Assembly (NCBI GenBank): GCA_963748015.1
Contig: CAVVHE010000006.1
Location: 96,001 to 160,000, forward strand
DNA length: 64,000 nucleotides
Direction: 5' to 3'
Origin: Terriglobia bacterium
GTDB taxonomy: Bacteria; Acidobacteriota; Polarisedimenticolia; Polarisedimenticolales; JAIQFR01
Position 1 is the stretch's first letter; each line of letters starts with the position of its first letter. The position numbers and the translations under genes are program-made. The notes beneath the pieces were generated by a model. It was not told where the DNA came from, did not search any database, and worked only from the letters and a program-made list of their open reading frames with translations. This document shows positions 61,047 to 64,000 of the stretch, in pieces.

Positions 61047-61652
61047 CTACCAGGCGCTCTTCTTGAATCCGTCGGTCGGGACCCAGTTCGAGTCGGTCGG
61101 TGCCTGCTGCCAGGTGGACCGGCTATCCGCGAGCACGTCTTCCTTCGCGTCGTAAGCCGACGTCGGTGTCCAGTTCGGGTCGATCGAGGACTGCGCCCAC
61201 TTCGAAGGATTCCAGTTGTTCTGCGTACCGGGGTCCATGTTCCAGTCGCTCTCGGGAACCCAGTTCGGGTCGATGGAGGATTTCTGCCACTCCGCGGGCT
61301 TCCCGAAGACCGCGAGCTGCTCGTCGGTTGTAGCGGGCTCGACGGGCCTGCCCGCGAGCGTCCGCGGTCCGCCGATCTCGATCCCCGTCGGCCCCTCCGG
61401 TATTCCCTCGATCTTGGGCGGCGCGGTCTCCGAGGGACCGGTGAGCCGGACCTGGTCCACGAGATCGACCGGCATCGTGACGTCGCCCGTGGCCGTGGTC
61501 AGGACGTAGACGTCCCCCTCTTTCCGGACCGACTCTCCGCGAACCACCTGGCCGTCCACCAGCACCAGCTCCGCACCCCCGAGGGCCACCGCCGTCGCCA
61601 GGTACGCGGCACCCAGGGCGAGGACGAGGCGGCGAAGGCTCCTCCCGTTCAT
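61047..61652 (-). CDS. Exported hypothetical protein with three Trp-rich C-terminal repeats
   Basis: Signal peptide; WQKSSIDPNWVP / WAQSSIDPNWTP / WQQAPTDSNWVP. Confidence 0.7.
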   Translation of the reverse strand: MNGRSLRRLVLALGAAYLATAVALGGAELVLVDGQVVRGESVRKEGDVYVLTTATGDVTMPVDLVDQVRLTGPSETAPPKIEGIPEGPTGIEIGGPRTLAGRPVEPATTDEQLAVFGKPAEWQKSSIDPNWVPESDWNMDPGTQNNWNPSKWAQSSIDPNWTPTSAYDAKEDVLADSRSTWQQAPTDSNWVPTDGFKKSAW

Positions 61653-61667
61653 ATCGTCAGCATACCC

Positions 61668-61724
61668 CATGGTGGACGCGAGATTGTGGGATGTCCGACA
61701 CCCCACAATCTCGCGTCCACCATG
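61668..61724. repeat. 57-bp inverted repeat with perfect 23-bp arms between divergent genes
   Basis: catggtggacgcgagattgtggg (61668-61690) / cccacaatctcgcgtccaccatg (61702-61724). Confidence 0.95.
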
Positions 61725-61770
61725 TATGATGGACCGGTCCGGTCTGTGACCGGCGTCGAGGAGGAACCCC

Positions 61771-62334
61771 ATGCTCAGGAAACTCGCGGCTGTCCTGTCC
61801 GGCGCGCTGCTCGCCGCGCTCGTTGCTCCCGGCCTCTGCACGGCTACCCGGGCCGAGGAGGCGAAGGCGCCCTCCCCGGCGGAGCCTCAGACCAACGTTC
61901 GCGTCACGATCCGCCTCGGCAGGATGGAGCAGGGGAAGCGCAACGTGTTGAAGAGCTACGACCTCGTCGTAGCGGCGGGAACCGTCGGCTCGAAGCTACT
62001 GAGCGGCGCCAGGGTTCCGATCCCGACCGCCGGCAGCGATGCCGCCGAGAAGGGCGTGGGGAACGACGGCGCAACCCGCTTCGTCTACCAGAACATCGGT
62101 TTCTCGGTCGACGCGAAGGTGTGGATCGTCGGCGACAAGAAGATCAAGCTCCTCGCTGAGCTCGAGGACAGCCGCGTCAAGGAGCGCACCGGGAACCAGC
62201 CCCCCTTCGTCGAGACCCGGCAACTGTCGATCAACGCGATCCTCTCGGATGGAGCACCGCTGGAGGTGACGCGGGTCGAGGGAGAGGCGGATCAGCCGGG
62301 ATTCGTGGAGATCGAGGCGAAGGTCCTGCGGTAG
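61771..62334 (+). CDS. Exported hypothetical protein
   Basis: GAGGAG RBS; signal peptide; beta-rich, with RVPIP...YQNIG. Confidence 0.75.
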   Translation: MLRKLAAVLSGALLAALVAPGLCTATRAEEAKAPSPAEPQTNVRVTIRLGRMEQGKRNVLKSYDLVVAAGTVGSKLLSGARVPIPTAGSDAAEKGVGNDGATRFVYQNIGFSVDAKVWIVGDKKIKLLAELEDSRVKERTGNQPPFVETRQLSINAILSDGAPLEVTRVEGEADQPGFVEIEAKVLR

Positions 62335-62368
62335 CCGTCTCGCGCGCGGCGCCCCCCAGCGGGCCGCC

Positions 62369-62437
62369 CGGACTCGGCGGCTTGGGTTCGTAGCCGGCCC
62401 TTTTTCGGGCCGGCGAGAACCCAAGCCGCCGAGTCCG
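62369..62437. terminator. Long hairpin between convergent genes (terminator or REP-like)
   Basis: cggactcggcggcttgggttc / gaacccaagccgccgagtccg outer arms; inner gccggccc-tttttc-gggccggc. Confidence 0.65.
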
Positions 62438-62459
62438 AGCGGCGAGAGTAACAGCCTTC

Positions 62460-63189
62460 CTACACGAGCCGGCGCAGAACGCTCGCGCCGACGCCCAGCC
62501 CGAGAAGCACGAGACCCGAAAGGCCGACAAGCGGCAGCGAGCTTCCGGTCTTGGGGAGCTTGGCGAGGCTCGGCCGGCGGCGGCGGGGGCGGGGGAGCAG
62601 GCGCCGCGACCGGAGCGGGTTTCGGCGGGGGAGGCGGCGGCGGGGGCTGCGCGACGAAGACCTTCAGGTCCTGGTCGGTGATGATCTCCGGCGGGTGTTT
62701 CGTCACGATCGTCGCGGTGAGGCGGTCGCCCGGCTTCAGCTTGCTGGGCTCGACCTCCTTGCCGCCCACCAGGACGACCACGTTCCTGGTCCTGAGCTCC
62801 TGGACGGTGAACTTCTTCAGCTCCTTCGTCTGGAGGTCCCGAACGACGACCACGCCGGCCGTGCTGTAGACGACCTCCGCCTCGCGCACGTCGGTGGTCG
62901 TCACGTCGATCGGCGTCTCGGTGGTGGTGATCATCGCCGTGTACTTCATGCCCGGCTTCAGGTCGCGGACGGAGAGCTTCTGCCCGTTCATGTCGAACCG
63001 GTAGTTGTCCGGGACGACGAACTGCTTCACGCCCTGCGGCCCGCGAACGGTCACCACGTTGCCTTCCACCGCCAGCACTTCTCCGTTGCGAAGCTCCATT
63101 GTCGTGGTCTGGGCGCTCGCAGGAGTCACGAGGGCCGGGCTCGCCGCGGCGACCGTCAGCAGTAAAGCGATAAGGAACACACGTCTCAT
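62460..63189 (-). CDS. Exported protein with Pro-rich linker and LPXTG-type sorting signal (frameshift at ~62566)
   Basis: After the poly-Pro stretch, a one-base shift gives AKLPKTGSSLPLVGLSGLVLLGLGVGASVLRRLV* (TAG 62460). Confidence 0.75.
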
Positions 63190-63396
63190 CTTCGACCTCC
63201 TTCACTGGGCGTCTGCAACGCCCCGGACAAACAAGAAACGCCGCCCGCTGTCCCGAGCGATTCTCAACCAAAACAGCCGCGCGGGCGCGCCGCTTCGTGG
63301 GCCATGGAGCGGAACAGTACGACGATAGACCCGTCGAGAAGGCCTGACAATAGGCTTTTCGTTCCCGGGGCCCATCGAGCTCTCTGTCGCGGCGCA

Positions 63397-63412
63397 CTAG
63401 TAAAACTACGAG
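63397..63412. promoter_or_regulatory. Putative operator CTAGTAAAACTACGAG
   Basis: Same GTA-N4-TAC motif, in a divergent intergenic region. Confidence 0.55.
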
Positions 63413-63641
63413 TTGCAGGAACCGAGGGGAACTGGCAGCATCCCGGCAGTGATTCGTTCGCGATGCCCACGGGTAGAAGCTGAGGTGTGCCCAAGAAACG
63501 CTCGGCGCGGTTCTCGCCGCGAAATGGCCGGGCGGCTCCGCCTCGTGGATACCGCGAAGAAGTCGAAGTGCCTCGTCCGGGTGAATCGGCCCCCCCCGGG
63601 CTGCCTGCAAGTCACATAAATGGGCCTGGAGGGAATCCGAC

Positions 63642-64000
63642 ATGAGATTCAGGACGATTGCGGGAATCGTTTCCATCGTGGTGACCGTGCTGTTGCTTGC
63701 GACCACCTCGGCGCCGGCGGCGGACTTGACGCTCAACGCCGTGCTCTATCCGGACGGCCAGAAGGCCGACGTCACGTTCCAGACGACGGATCGCGCGCCG
63801 AAGGCGAAGCTCACCGGCACGGTGCGTTCGCAGCAGGGCCAGTCGCAGATCGAGGTCTCCTGGAGCAAGCTCGAGCCGGCGCTGCTCTTCGGCGGCGACA
63901 TCAACTGCTGGGTCCTCTGGACCATCACCCCCGACGGGACGGCCCAAGCGCTCGGCGAGCTTCCCGTGCGGGACGACCGGAGCGGGGATGCCAAGTTCTC
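63642..64000 (+). CDS. Exported protein, partial; possibly the N-terminus of an acidobacterial-type OmpA family protein
   Basis: GGAGG RBS; MRFRTIAGIVSIVVTVLLLATTSAPAA...WVLWTITPDGTAQALGEL; open to the window end. Confidence 0.55.
   Translation, partial: MRFRTIAGIVSIVVTVLLLATTSAPAADLTLNAVLYPDGQKADVTFQTTDRAPKAKLTGTVRSQQGQSQIEVSWSKLEPALLFGGDINCWVLWTITPDGTAQALGELPVRDDRSGDAKF

Noticed and set aside
61083..61275. Regularly spaced DNA repeats as a CRISPR array
   Set aside because: In-frame peptide repeats inside a CDS; only three degenerate copies and no cas genes.

Overview
A very GC-rich (roughly 70% by eye) bacterial chromosomal segment from a diderm. Acidobacteriota is my inference from the gene types and is not proven. 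I found no rRNA, tRNA, CRISPR array, integrase or transposase. The window has these blocks. (1) 0.8-19.6 kb: an envelope/sulfatase island with two intact Cys-type arylsulfatases (a third lies at 24.5-26 kb), FadL-type and MetA/SphA-type barrels, DUF3313, DUF2092, AsmA, an AraC regulator and a recently duplicated ~1 kb lipoprotein gene. (2) 20.2-24.4 kb: a coupled cytochrome b / Rieske / 7-8-heme cytochrome-TPR operon. (3) 26.3-27.4 kb: a probable three-domain lysozyme inhibitor. (4) 29-44.8 kb: exported proteins, GH63/GH13/glucose dehydrogenase, a PAS kinase with a NarL/FixJ-type regulator, a VIT transporter, and gnd-pgl with collapsed zwf and tkt remnants; several genes here share a GTA-N4-TAC operator. 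(5) 44.9-52.9 kb: a bacillithiol-like cluster with a compact, divergent BshC-like domain joined to BshB1, bshA with a probable CTG start, then an exported PIG-L enzyme and an SSS transporter. (6) DUF2252, an RND tripartite pump, an LPXTG-tailed protein and two long palindromes. Many single-base frameshifts look like sequencing or assembly errors. Separately, several genes are reduced to short deletion remnants. All family calls come from recalled motifs, not database searches.
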